From NCBI GenBank assembly GCA_951406725.2, contig OX597818.1, forward strand, positions 13,888,001 through 13,952,000: a DNA stretch of 64,000 bases, written 5' to 3'. The notes under the pieces are model-generated. The model had not been told where the DNA came from. It searched no databases and saw nothing but the letters and a program-made list of their open reading frames with translations. Source of the stretch: Octopus vulgaris. Taxonomy: Eukaryota. This document shows positions 1 to 14,025 of the stretch, piece by piece (within the stretch, counting starts at the first letter, position 1; the number at the start of each line of letters is the position of its first letter). The position numbers and the translations under genes are program-made.

Positions 1-1418
1 AAGGTTCCGAGATGATACAAGCCCTGGACACTTTGCTTTTACATTTTTAGCAAACATTTCCCGAATATAGCTTAGACTGAGCGATGTTCAATATTTCCAT
101 ATACACACACACGCACACATACATACAAACACACATACTTATATAACCATTACCATATCCGATTGAGGAGTTATAATATATCTATGTCCTGCCTAATCAG
201 CCTGGATTTGGCTTTAATAGCATTGTCAATAGTATATCTAACAAGAATTCTTACCTCTCAGTTAATAAGCGTTCCTTTAGTAAACATGCCCTGTACTAAA
301 ACCTGATTCTCCAGAATAAAATATTTGTTAGAATTTCCTTATACCCAGTAGATTAAAAACAAAAGTAACACTTATTTTTCTCAGTTGACAATCTAAGCCT
401 ACCAGGCTTGTCTTTACCCATCAAAACACCGTCAACTTGAAACTGTATTCCCTTACAGCCAGTACTTACCCAGTATTACGGAAGGTGAATAATTTCATGT
501 TCTCCCGCGGTAGACTTCTCATCACCTCACTGCGTTTTAAGAACTCCAAGAGCTGAAAGCTGAGATCTAGTTTGCCCCATAATTCTTTCTCCAGTTTAAA
601 TCTTTTACCAAACTTATTTTTCAAAATCCTTATATTTAATTTATCATCAGATAATCTTTAATAAAAATTAAATAAAAATCTCGTATTCTACAACACCACA
701 TTTAGAATCAAGAATTACCTCTTCCAATAGTGAGGCTAAGTTGCCTTACTGTGGAACTTATGGTTTGCTCCCCTGAGTCCAACATTAACCCACCAGATAC
801 TAATACAAGGAACTTCAAACATAGCAACTAGTATCATTTAAACTTCGAATGACGTGTTAAGTTTAAGAGGTACAAGAACTGTAATCATATTATATTCCAA
901 CGCTAACTCTAATCTCCTGTAATCTCACTTGGAATGGTCCTTCAATTAGAATATAAGTTCAGAATCCCTATCTAATACTTGGATCTTCAGTTCAATTCAC
1001 TCAATCGCATGGGTGAGGCCTTGAACAAAGTTACATAGGAAAGTATAATTTGGATGAATATGTACAACTATTTTAAATTTAAATAAAATAAAAGGATATA
1101 GGTGCAACATCAAAAGACACTGGGGCACTTATTAAGCAGTAACACGTGTCAGATTGCAATTTTATAACAATAATGGCAGAAGATATATAATTCTCCATTC
1201 TTCTGTATGTTGTATATATATATATATATATATATATAATAATAATAAATATTAGGGAATAAATCCAAATTTACAGGGAAAAAATCAGATTTCGGATTAA
1301 ATCCAATTTTATAGTAAAATATTATAAAATATTATTAGAGACAAAACCACTATTTTGCAAAACAAACAAGGAAAGACTTAATCAATACATAAAATTTTAA
1401 TAAATAGTCAAAAAACCG

Positions 1419-1461
1419 CCACTACAATTGTTTCCTGTCTTGATCGACAATCTTCAGGTGG
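1419..1461 (-). ncRNA. Minimal type I hammerhead ribozyme (sense to the PLE)
   Basis: Reverse complement reads ccac CUGAAGA uuguc-gaucaa-gacag GAAAC AAUU GUA gugg. Stem I is ccac/gugg, stem II is uguc/gaca, stem III is the palindrome ACAAUUGU, and the cleavage triplet is GUA. Confidence 0.85.
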
Positions 1462-1627
1462 ACTTCCAATCTAAAATATCAATATTTTAAAATATAAAAA
1501 TAATAATTTTAAAATAATTAAAGTATTAATGAAAAAATATAAATATATAATCCATATATAACCTATATATAATCCATATATAATCAATATATAAACAATA
1601 TATAAACTAAAATAAACCTATCAACAA

Positions 1628-1715
1628 TTAAATATAAAATATAAAATATAAAATATAAAATATAAAATATAAAATATAAAATAAAAAATATAAAATATAA
1701 AATATAAAATATAAA
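1628..1715. repeat. 7-bp tandem repeat (ATAAAAT)n; inverted counterpart at ~6125-6230
   Basis: Read directly. The mirrored ORFs 1584..1772 and 6067..6276 differ by 21 nt, which equals 3 units. Confidence 0.85.
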
Positions 1716-1949
1716 ACAAAACAAAAAAATAATAATAATATAATAATAAACTATATATACACCCATACACATATAACTAATTATATATAACCATATCTAA
1801 CTACATACACTAAATCACACTCCTATATATATATCCCTATACATACACATAAAAACGTCTAGGCAACTATAAATAAATAAAATAGCTAAATACTTCAACA
1901 CAATACTTATTCATACTCTCACACACACACATACAACCCACATTCACGC

Positions 1950-3620
1950 TCTAGAAACGGACATCACTTAAAATTATGAACGGAGAAATGGAATAAATGG
2001 AATTAAAAATTATATTCACTTGGTAAAACGAACACTACTTAAAAATTATGAATGAAACAATGCAATAAAACAACAGACATCGCAAATAGACACAAATTAC
2101 TACGAATTCCTTAACAAACCTACCATGATAAACCAAAACTCATAAAAACATATAATGATAAAATCTCCCTTTACTAAACTCTATAACATACCTATATAGC
2201 AATCCCCCTAACCTAAACATTCACACACAAATACACACACGTAAACCACACACCCACGACATATACAAATACCCACACCACTTACACATACCTATACATA
2301 CAAATAAAACTCAACATATACACCAAAAACCCACTCAACCCCACACAGACAAATAAACACAAAAATTATGAATGGATTCTTTTATAAAACTACCATGATA
2401 AGCTAAAACTCACAAAAACATAAATGATAAAACCTCCCTTTACTAAACACTATAACATACTTATATAGCAATCCCTTTAACCTATACATTCACACACAAA
2501 TACACACACGTAAACCACACACCCATAACAAATACAAACACCCACCCCACTCACACACACCCGCAAGTACATATAAGCATCAACATATACACCAAACAAA
2601 ATTACTTTACCAAGGAACTTAACATATGTATAAAAAGTATAAACGCTCTGGAAACGAACATCTTATAAAATAATGAATGGAGAAATGGAATAAATGGAAT
2701 TAAAAATAATATTCACGTGGCAAAACGAACACCACTCAAAAATTATGAATGAAACAATGTAATAAAACAACCAACATCGAAAATAGACAAATTACCACGA
2801 ATTCCCTAAAAAAAAAAAAACCATGATAAACCAAAACTCTTAAAAACATATAACGATAAAATCTCCCTTTGCTAAACTCTATAACAAACCTATATAGCAA
2901 TCCCCCTAACCTAAACATTCACACACAAATACACACACGTAAACCACAGACCCACGACTTATACAAATACCCACCTCACTGACACATACCTATACTAACT
3001 TATACACCTCAATATACACCAAAAACCCACTCACTCCCCACACAGACAAATTAACACATACATCCCAAGACCTAAATAACAAACCCATATACACATTCAC
3101 ACACAAACACACACACACGCAAAACACACACACATAACAGATACATATACTCCCTCACATATACGCATATACATACTCACTAAACTCGATATATACAACA
3201 ATATTTACACACCCACACTCATACAGATAAATAAATTATACAACTAAAAACTCACACACAATCTCATATACATAAACACTCCATGAAAAACAACATTAAA
3301 TACATCGTAATTAACCAGAATATCAAAAATAACAATATGACATAAGGAGAAATAAAAAACATACTTACAAGTCAGTTTCAAATTATGATGTGAAATTAAA
3401 TTCTAAGCCGTTAAAAAAATCAAACCAAATTTACGTTACCATAGAAATAAACTTATGTATAAAAAGAATACGCGCCATGGAAAGTAAACGTCATTTAAAA
3501 TTATGAATGGAGAAATAGAATAAATGGAACTAAAAACTATATCCACGTGGCAAACCAACACTACTTAAAAAAAATTTATTATGAATGGATTCTTTAAAAA
3601 AACTACCATGATAAATTATT
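1950..3620. repeat. Modular, diverged tandem repeats inside the PLE 3' region
   Basis: Module 'gaaacg.acatc...atgaa.ggagaaatggaataaatggaattaaaaa' at ~1950, ~2646 and ~3478 (also ~5476). Module 'ccatgataaaccaaaactc...ctccctttactaaac...cacacacaaatacacacacgtaaaccac' at ~2121, ~2391 and ~2821. Confidence 0.8.
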
Positions 3621-5008
3621 ATATACATTTATGAGCTTTAGCTCATCTTAGCAGCTCTAACAAACAATTTGCAGTAACCCAAACCTATTCTCGATGCCTA
3701 CCTTACTACTACACTATTCCATTCCCAATTCCAATCAACGCTAGCCCACCACCCGGTTACAATTCCCATCTCCACTCATTCATTCACAATTTCAGCGACG
3801 TTCGCCTCCACAACGCTACGTATTAGCCTCAATATATACACCGGTGATGCGCTTTCACATCCGTGCGGATAGATGATAGTATACATTGAGTGTAGTGATG
3901 GGGCTCACTTTACTATACACATTTGTACCTGTGTAGTAGTCTCCATGTGTATATTCACGCACGGGTATAAATGCGGGGGGTACACGCGCACGGCATGTGC
4001 GTGTACCCCCTCACATGTACATATGCATGCTAATTGGGCTCAATATGTGCAACGGTGTAATCGCGCCCGCATACATGCAGATGGGCGAATTGCACAATCA
4101 AAATACGCACACATGTGTGTGTGCGTTCCTTGGTTGTGCAGTTCACCCATCTGGGTGTGAGTGGGTGTAAGCGTATTGCTGTGGATGTCGAGCTTGATAC
4201 GTATGTATATGAGTGTGTATTGGGGGGTTGTACGTATTTATTGTGTGCATGTGCTTCACGCACGTGCGTCCATGTATGGATGAATATATTGGGATTGCTA
4301 TGTGGGTGTAAATTGGGTATGGAGGGGGGAGTTTTGTCATTGTATGGGTGTGGGTTTCATTTGTGATGTTGGTTTGTTGGTGATTTTTGGTATGTTCTGT
4401 ATATTTGGGTTAGTTATGTATTATTCTAGTGTGTATAATTGTATACCTATATGATTGGTGTGAGTGGGATTACGCCCATTTTTGGGGATGTATGTGTTTA
4501 TTTGTCCGTGTGGTACGGGAGTGGCCATTTGGTGTATATGTTGAGGCTCACATACAATCCCAGGTACGCGCGAATGAAGTGGGCACTTATATTTGTTATG
4601 GATGTGTGTACTTTATTATAACAGGCAATACCCAAATAAAAACTGTCAATTCAACATACCAAATAAAAAACAAAAAACAAAGGGATCGTAAACATTCACA
4701 CATACATACAAAACTCAATAAATACACCACTAAATAACACCCATCAACATATAAATATATCCTCCAAAATACACATAACAAATAACAAATGCATAATAAA
4801 AATACATAATAAAATAAAATAAAAATAAAAAAATATATAAATAAAGAAAATAAAAAAATCTAATATAAATTATTAAAGTTTTAACATACCATAAACTGTT
4901 ATATTAATATACATTAAAAATGAACTAATTAAAACAAAGAAATAAAAAATATAATTATCTAAACTAATTTAAACTAAACTAAAGTAACCTAATAGGGAAC
5001 TATTAATG

Positions 5009-5357
5009 CTATTTATCATGAAACTTATTATATAGGTAAAGTAACTTATGTCTGCATTTTATTTTTCGCTCTTCACCAGTATTAAGTAAATTATCATACT
5101 TATAAAATAAAATTTCTTTAAACTCATTAGAGCATAAATAACAACAATTAGCTCCTATAGTATATGATTTAGTTTTACAAATTATTTCCCAAATTAAACT
5201 ATAATTAATATTTAGTGATTTAAGACTCCATATGTACTTACTAAGTCCGGTTGAGTTGATTAAGTTTTTATTTTTAAAAGAATTCATATGTTGTGCGATT
5301 CTTAGTTTTATTTTTGAGGAAGTAGAACCTATATAAACCGCTTTTGGGTAATTATTA
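5009..5357 (-). pseudogene. Penelope-type GIY-YIG endonuclease, C-terminal fragment
   Basis: Translation: VYIGSTSSKIKLRIAQHMNSFK...STGLSKYIWSLK...WEII...CYLCSNEFKEILF...LLN...KCRHK. It is collinear with the 27614-28063 endonuclease. Confidence 0.88.
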
Positions 5358-6398
5358 TTAAATACAAACACCCACCCCACTCACACACACCCGCAAGTAC
5401 ATATAAGCATCAACATATACACCAAACAAAATTACTTTACCAAGGAACTTAACATATGTATAAAAAGTATAAACGCTCTGGAAACGAACATCTTATAAAA
5501 TAATGAATGGAGAAATGGAATAAATGGAATTAAAAATAATATTCACGTGGCAAAACGAACACCACTCAAAAATTATGAATGAAACAATGTAATAAAACAA
5601 CCAACATCGAAAATAGACAAATTACCACGAATTCCCTAAAAAAAAAAAAACCATGATGAGTTTAGTAAAGGGAGATTTTATCATTATATATTTTTATGAG
5701 TTTTGGTTTATCATGGTAGGTTTGTTAAGGAATTCGTAGTAATTTGTGTCTATTTGCGATGTCTGTTGTTTTATTGCATTGTTTCATTCATAATTTTTAA
5801 GTAGTGTTCGTTTTACCAAGTGAATATAATTTTTAATTCCATTTATTCCATTTCTCCGTTCATAATTTTAAGTGATGTCCGTTTCTAGAGCGTGAATGTG
5901 GGTTGTATGTGTGTGTGTGAGAGTATGAATAAGTATTGTGTTGAAGTATTTAGCTATTTTATTTATTTATAGTTGCCTAAACGTTTTTATGTGTATGTAT
6001 AGGGATATATATATAGGAGTGTGATTTAGTGTATGTAGTTAGATATGGTTATATATAATTAGTTATATGTGTATGGGTGTATATATAGTTTATTATTATA
6101 TTATTATTATTTTTTTGTTTTGTTCTATATTTTATATTTTATATTTTATATTTTTTATTTTATATTTTATATTTTATATTTTATATTTTATATTTTATAT
6201 TTTATATTTTATATTTTATATTTTATATTTAATTGTTGATAGGTTTATTTTAGTTTATATATTGTTTATATATTGATTATATATGGATTATATATAGGTT
6301 ATATATGGATTATATATTTATATTTTTTCATTAATACTTTAATTATTTTAAAATTATTATTTTTATATTTTAAAATATTGATATTTTAGATTGGAAGT

Positions 6399-6441
6399 CC
6401 ACCTGAAGATTGTCGATCAAGACAGGAAACAATTGTAGTGG
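6399..6441 (+). ncRNA. Minimal type I hammerhead ribozyme (inverted arm copy)
   Basis: ccac(6399) CTGAAGA(6403-6409) ttgtcgatcaagacag GAAAC(6426-6430) AATT GTA(6435-6437) gtgg. Confidence 0.85.
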
Positions 6442-6650
6442 CGGTTTTTTTGACTATTTATTAAAATTTTATGTATTGATTAAGTCTTTCCTTGTTTGTT
6501 TTGCAAAATAGTGGTTTTGTCTCTAATAATATTTTATAATATTTTACTATAAAATATATATATATATATGATATGTGTTTGTGAATAAACACTTACATAC
6601 ACACATACACACATACATATATACATATATATATATATGTATATGCATAT

Positions 6651-6728
<78 letters not shown>

Positions 6729-7806
6729 GTATATATCTATCTATATATATATAATGCTGTATACGTAGACAATGAGAAAATGTGTTCGTGGTGAGGAAGA
6801 AATGGAGGACTTGAAATTGTACAGAGTATGTGTTAATATTTCCGTTTACACTCATACGCGTTTTATTTGACAACTAGATTTTCCTCAGCACGTGCATGTG
6901 TAAAAAAAACATTTTTTCTTCCGTCATTCTAATATTGTTAATTGGCATAAATGTGCTCAGATTTGTCAATGAAAATCAAATACCAATCACTTTGTATACA
7001 GCGTGCATTAGGTGTCATTATGAGTTATTCTGATGTGGGAAATGAATGTTCCTTTCCCAACGGCAGACGTAATTCCGTATAGCTTTCAATTAACTGAGTG
7101 TTGTCACCAATATAAAAATATCAACTAAACTGGAAGCATCAGCTGAATAGAAAATATTTTTTTTCAATACTCTGTGTAAAACAGAAATAGTTTTCATATC
7201 AAAGAAAGTCGAAACCCATAAAAATAAGACTCAGATGTAGTCAATAGAACTTTTATACTATAAGAGAATTTTTTCCCCGTCTACATTAGAACACAGGTGG
7301 ATATTGACATCGCTTCTATAAAATATTCTCATTCACATATTTATACATGATTGCTTTTATTATATTCTTCAGTTTTCATTTTTAGCTAATTTTATTACTT
7401 TTTCCTTAAAATATATTTTGATTCATATACATATACATACATTCACAAACACACGTATATATATATATACATACACATACATACTTTCAGAGAGGGCGGG
7501 CGAGAAAGAGTAATATAATACAAGCAACATGTATGTGTGTATCTAGATGTGTATATGCATATGCTTTTATATTTGTTTCGGTGTGTTTATGTCTTTAACC
7601 GCAGTTATTATACAACTATACATGTTTCTGGTGGGTGGTGTTTCTCTCTGGGCATATGTCTATAAACGTACACTTCTAAGATACTGTTTTAAAATTTGAT
7701 TGTACCTAATTTATTATTTGAAGAAAATATATCACATTTCAATTTATCCACAATTTCTTGGTACCTGCTCGGCTGTTGTTGTACTGATAATATCGACACT
7801 ATCAGT

Positions 7807-7841
<35 letters not shown>

Positions 7842-7939
7842 CTATCATCATCATAATGAACAAAAGCAACAATGAAAAGATCATCATTACCATCAGCCTA
7901 CATTTTACTCTGGTCCCTCCAGAGACGCACGCTATGCTT

Positions 7940-8020
7940 TACGTTTCATCTCCTATGTACATGATCAGCTTTGGCCCAGCAACCCTGTCACAGGATCTTC
8001 GTATAAGATTTCCAGGAAAG
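7940..8020 (-). pseudogene. Possible very degraded GIY-YIG remnant
   Basis: Minus strand translates as NLIRRSCDRVAGPKLIMYIGDET, loosely resembling NLIY..C....YIGET. Weak. Confidence 0.25.
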
Positions 8021-9861
8021 AGATCAGTTTATCTTACGATGCATAGATCGATTTCCAGATGACTATTTGCTTGGTTTACCACTTTTGGTTTCTCAGCGAG
8101 TATTCAGGATGTTGCAGCTGGAGATATTATAAGTAGGCTTTTTTTACTCGATATTTCCGCAGATTTATTCATTATTTGCTGACTGAAAACAATTGACACT
8201 AAGATCAATTTATATCATCCGTGTGCAGCATTTATCGAGAGAGTATGATGATTGAATATATTGTGTATGATAATTTCATACCGTCGACAATTACTTTCAA
8301 CAGAACGTTGAAATCTATAACATTAATTGAATTAGCTTAATTACATATCGTGAAAGTTAATTGGCATTAGTCCAAATCTCGCACTTGTTCAGAATCATTT
8401 AACTTGTAAAACGTTGCACCTGTTGTCTTCTTGAATTTTCATTTTTCAAAAACCATTCTTTTGATTTTTGTTTTTTGAAGTGGTGTAACCAGAGTAGGTT
8501 ATGACTATATTAGATTAATGATAATCCTAGTTTAATTTTGACCGTATATAGATTAATATGACTGGTGTTGTAATAGACATATTTATAACTGCTCTATTTT
8601 TATTTCATACATCTTCATTTCCCACACATTCTACATTAAATATCACCATATATTCCGCCCTCCCAACCTCTCTTTTTCAGTATTGTAGCACTGGGGAAAA
8701 TTTGCCAGCGTCTGGAAACATGAACAAAAATAATAAAAGTAGAGCGTAAAAGACAAAGTACACAATGACAAAGAAGAGAAGAATAATGAAGAAAGAAACT
8801 ATTTTCTGGACGGAACCTGATTTTCTCATTTCTTTTTCTTTATAACGAATATGCCTTTATTCCTTCTGCTTTCCCTCGACAATTACTTTCATAGGAAATG
8901 TTTCCTAGTTTCTTAAGAGATGTGGTATGAAAAAGTTATAATTCATAAGGATATATGTCACAGAAACACAAGCACTCACATATACGTAAACACAACCACA
9001 AACACACACGCAAATATAGCTGTCTTAGGATATATATTCCTTAAAAGAACGTTTACATGTACATCTTTCGAATCCTTTATATCTTATATTATCTTGAAAT
9101 CACATTTTTACACTTCCATTTTAACGTTTTAAGATATATGTTAGCAGCAGAAAATCATTCTGCAACAGTAATGCTGCAGCAGCAGCTTCATGATGGCTTT
9201 TTTTGTCTAAAAAGTTTTCTCCTCTTTCTGACACAAACAGATCAATTTATTACAATTGTTTCCCCACCAATGATAAAGAATGACTTCTCCAGATAGCTGA
9301 AACAAACGAATGGAATTTAAAAAAACGGCAAGTTAAAGCTTCTCTGCATGCATGTTAAGAATGGTAGTGAACATGTCCAAGGCCTGCAATCAAAAAGGTG
9401 GTAGGTAGAAAAATAGAGATGCCTGAAAAGCAACAGAGTGTTGCCAAAAAGGATGCAGGTAGATATAAGTTAGCCTGACAACAGCTCAAAGCTAGGTGGA
9501 ATGCACAGAGCGAGGTTAGATTCCACACATTCGACCAAGAGCAGTGGAAAAGTACCTTCAAATATGATGACCTTCACCATGACTGAGCATCTGAAAATAT
9601 AGGTTCAAATACTACCATATCCAAAATTCATGATACGTCTAAGCCAACATATAGCTAAAAGTGACAAATACAATGTGCTGTCACATTGGAAACGAAAAAA
9701 AACAACAACTATTCCATGCTTGTCTACTTGAGACGCCGAAACCACTTAGTGCTGCAGACACTGATAAATCCATGCATTTTTGAGAACACCAAAAGATTTA
9801 TTTCTACTTACACAATGGCTTCATTGGATGTGAATACATACATACATACATGGTGGCTGCC

Positions 9862-10345
9862 CCCTCGTTATCGAGTATGGCCATTGCACGCTTAATCAAT
9901 GTTGTTATCGTGCAATGCCTGTGCAAGAAGATTTTTTTTAAATGAGAAAAGGCTGTGCACTGAGTCAGTCCCACTCATTAAGCAACAGCAGCCATAATCC
10001 GAAAAAAAGATCAAGTCAACATCATCGGTAACCACTGAGCCGCAGGTTTTATGTCGGAGTTATCCCAGTTACCTGAGTTACCTTCTCCTGGAAAGATGCC
10101 CTAACAAAGGCTAGGAGTCCTTCACTACCAATGTTTTAACCGCGCGATCGGGTATTCAGTCCGAATATCTCTATGTCCCCGCGCATGATCCAGTCTTAAG
10201 ACATTTATTGGATGGCCGTTGAATCTCAAGAGTTCCTCCGCCCTTTGACGGGTTTTGTGTCCAATAAACACCCTCCTCACCAAGCAAGCTTGGTGGGGTT
10301 GCCGGTTTAGTTGCCGACGACCCAGACAGGTTGTATTGGGTTACA
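9862..10345 (-). mobile_element. RTE-like non-autonomous retroelement (5'UTR/3' end composite)
   Basis: GC-richer ~480 bp island. Collinear homology to 25030-25540 (ccaagcttgcttggtgaggagggtg; gcggagga; caacggccatc; atgcgcggggac; aaaacctgcg; gtgggactg..agtgca). RTE assignment is from recalled UTR resemblance only. Confidence 0.5.
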
Positions 10346-10389
10346 TACATCCATGCATGTATACATACATACATACATAAAACTACACG

Positions 10390-10725
10390 TATGAGATGTA
10401 TTCCACAAATTCTGAGACACTTTTTACGAGAGACAATTATAACTGTCCAATATTAATGCAGATTAGGATGTCATTACTATACATCTAATAAGTTAACCTG
10501 TTAAATCTCTTGACAATCGGCAAAATTTGGTATTGCGATGTTATAAAGTACTAGCAGAAAAATGGTTTAAGCCTTGAAGACATTCCTGCTAACATGTTTG
10601 CTACATTACGTGATGATGCTGCAACATTATCACCGGCGCAATATGGGCCGCTGTGTTTAGGAGAAAAAAGGTGAGAAGCTGACCCTAGGTCTGGACATGC
10701 TGCAATTGCCACCAGCGAGAGCTAA
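10390..10725 (+). mobile_element. Mariner 5' fragment (terminus plus degraded HTH region)
   Basis: Starts 'tatgagatgtattcc'. Frameshifted peptide pieces TLRDDA...WAAVFRR...DPRSGHAAIATSE match the mariner F..G...D.PRSGRP region. Confidence 0.6.
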
Positions 10726-10816
10726 AGTTTTGAGCATTAGACAATATTGTTTTAATTGTTAAAATACCATAGTAAAAAACGTGAAAACCAGACCATGTTG
10801 TAACTTTAATCAACTG

Positions 10817-10851
<35 letters not shown>

Positions 10852-10972
10852 CAAATATATACATATATATCTTAGTATTTAAGGCACTACTAAAATAGTA
10901 AAAGGAATATAAAACGTAAATAGCGCATTGGATTCATTAGAAAATATATAAATTTTCTGGAGTTCGAAACTG

Positions 10973-11068
10973 AGTTTAAGTACATATATATATATATATA
11001 GCATAGTTTAAGTACATATATATATATATATAGCATAGTTTAAGTACATATATATATATATATAGCAT
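10973..11068. repeat. Three tandem ~32-bp units agtttaagtac(AT)n-gcat; fourth partial copy at 11547
   Basis: Read directly. Confidence 0.85.
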
Positions 11069-11553
11069 AGTGTTTGATGATTTTAACCCACGCTGGTGGA
11101 AAGGGGAGAACAGAAATTCTTCGCTTGCTTATTTGAGTTTGTTGGCACTGTTAATTACGAGCAGATCTTCGAGAGCGATGAGAAGCCGAAAGGGTATGTT
11201 CTTACTTTCAGTGTTTCCAAATCCAAACCAAGGAGTTTCTGAGCTGATGATAGAAATGTCGTTTTGACTAATCTTAAACGTACGTTCTCAAATAACCTTA
11301 GCATTTGATTTTTTGATGTCCTTACCCCCAAACTTTTGTGAGTTGAATTAAGCAAACACTATATATGAGAGAGATTTTCTTAAGTATTAGAAATAGCTTT
11401 AAAAAGTTTTTTAGCTGCTATTTCTAATGAGTTCAGTATGCGGCAAAGTAATTTATTTTACTAAGCCCTTTTATATAATGTAATAATTTGAATTCGCCTT
11501 AAATGGTCCCTTTTCATACTGAACACTTGGTGAAATTGATTAATATAGTTTAA

Positions 11554-11646
<93 letters not shown>

Positions 11647-12005
11647 TGTGTCTGTGTGTCTGTGTGTGTGTGTGTGCGTGTGTGTGTGTGTGAGTATGTG
11701 TGTGTATGTGTGTGTGTGTGCGTGCGTTTGCACGTATGTATGTATTTGAAAGAATAAGTAGAAATGCCTTTTTTTGAGGTGATAATTATTATTTCAATTT
11801 TAATAGTGTTTACAGTGAAATACACTGATATCAGTTTCAAGCTTTCGAGTAGCCGTTTTCAAACTGGAGAAAGTATGTTTCACTGGTTGCCTAAATAGCA
11901 AAATATATTTTTCTCACAAATATACATACAAAAAAAAGACTATTCACAGAAAAGAGAAAAGTATATAACAAATATATAAAAGTATTTAAAAAAATGAAAT
12001 TACAT

Positions 12006-12060
<55 letters not shown>

Positions 12061-13861
12061 AAGCATGTGTGAAGAAGAACAATAACAACAAAATGAAGGA
12101 AGAAAGAAGATGAGGAGGGGAAGGAGATGGAGAGCAAAAAGTGAAAAAATATATGAAATCAAGAGAAAGTATAGATATATCAAATAAAAAATAAAAATTA
12201 ATATGAAAATTTAAAAAATAGAAAATAGGATTACTAGTAATTGAGAACAGTGAGGGAAGATTTAAGTCTATCAAGAATAATTAAATGGAAAATTTACGAG
12301 TCATTCTTGTGTTCTTGTCAAAAGTTGAGCTCTGTGGTGAGGTCGCCTATTCAGTTCTCACACATGGAATGGTGTATATATATATACATACACATACACA
12401 CATACATATATATGCATATATACACACATACACATCTACATACATATACTAATGAACTTTTATGTCTCTTGACACACCTTTGCATGTACAATCACATATA
12501 TGCATAAATACATGCCTATACATATACATAGATGTATACATACAAACACACATTGATATATACATACTCCCATACACAGACCAGTTTCTTGTGATTTTGG
12601 CGCCTTGGCTCTGATTTTAGCAACTCGTAATATATACGCTCCTGATTCTAAATTTAGCTCATATTTTGCTTGTAATGGTGTGAACCTTCTTTCCATCTTA
12701 TTATTTCCTTATTAATATCATTATTAACGGGAATAATACATCTTTATTTAAATTTATTCTTGATCACGATAGATGTCTTTTACATGGAGTGGGACCTATA
12801 AGTAAGGAACGCACACAAGCTAACGTAGTTAATATTTTACAAGATGTTGAAATGTTACTTTCAACTGAAGATTCCAAAGTATGTTGGACATACAGAGGTT
12901 GAAAAAAATTCGTATTCAAATATACATTAATGACTGTTGACTGTTGTATTCAACGCTAATATAAGCCTATTTCTCATATCTTCGTTGCATCACTCGTATG
13001 CATCTTTATTGTGAGTTTCTGGTGGTTTTGGAGCATTGGCACTGATTTTAGCAAGTGCTATTATATACACTGCTGAATCTATGTTAAAATTTTAACATTT
13101 TCCTATACCTTATTTTTCCTTTATTAATACCAATATTTACCATTTAATAAATAATTATAAATATATGTTAAGTTAGAATTTAAATATATAAATATGAAAA
13201 TATTTCTATATTTTCTGTCCCTCTATTGTGTAAAAGTTTGATATATTCTGAAAGAATTCAAAAATATTCTTCTTCATATTCTTTAGATTAACTCTAAAAT
13301 GTATCTGTGTATATACAAATAACAACATTGTTTTATAGTAGGTAAATGTACTACTACTATATGATAAGATGTTCCCTGTCCGATAAGCATTGGTCTACTT
13401 AATAGCAACTAACATCTTGTCTGAAGTATATTCTTACTGAATCAAATGCCTTTGCTTCAAAGAAATGTTGATTTATGACTACGCCATTTAAATTGTCTAT
13501 CTATTTTTTCCTACCCCAAAATTATACTACACTCTGTCTTCTCTCAGATTTGATAAACTAGCTTATAAATTAAAATTGAACACCCCCATATTTAAATCTA
13601 AATAACAAAAATAAGCAGTGATAAGCAGAGTCTTTTTTGAAAAAATCTCAGTTACAACTGTGATGTTGTTGGTAAAACATGTTCTTTGCTTATCTCCTTA
13701 TCCTCCTGGTGATTTTGGATAACATTACACAAATGAGTCCTTCGAATTTAACTAAATTCTATATTTTTATGCAACTGAAGATTGCTCTACATTTTAAATT
13801 CATGTAATGTTTGCATTGTTCAATTAAATAGAGTCGCATGCTTATTTTGATTATATATATA

Positions 13862-13907
<46 letters not shown>

Positions 13908-13990
13908 AGCATATATATATATACATATATATACATTCATATATATACATATATATATATATATATGTACACAAACATATATATACATTC

Positions 13991-14025
<35 letters not shown>

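Larger units (their letters stand above)
1239..6554 (-). mobile_element. 5'-truncated Penelope-like element: GIY-YIG C-terminus, ~3.8 kb 3' region with hammerhead, inverted copy of the 3' end at the 5' side; flanked by (TA)n
   Basis: GIY-YIG remnant at 5009-5357. Near-identical inverted repeat 1307-2181 / 5658-6554. Tail 1239-1306 is present only in one arm. (TA)n on both sides (1213-1238 and from 6555). Hammerhead motif in both arms. Confidence 0.85.

Noticed and set aside
1950-3620. Regularly recurring motifs suggesting a CRISPR-like array
   Set aside because: The intervening sequences are also homologous, units are hundreds of bp long, the context is eukaryotic and there are no cas genes.
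9290-9800. Possible restriction-like-endonuclease LINE remnant (…RRNHLVLQTL)
   Set aside because: Too degraded to assign by eye.
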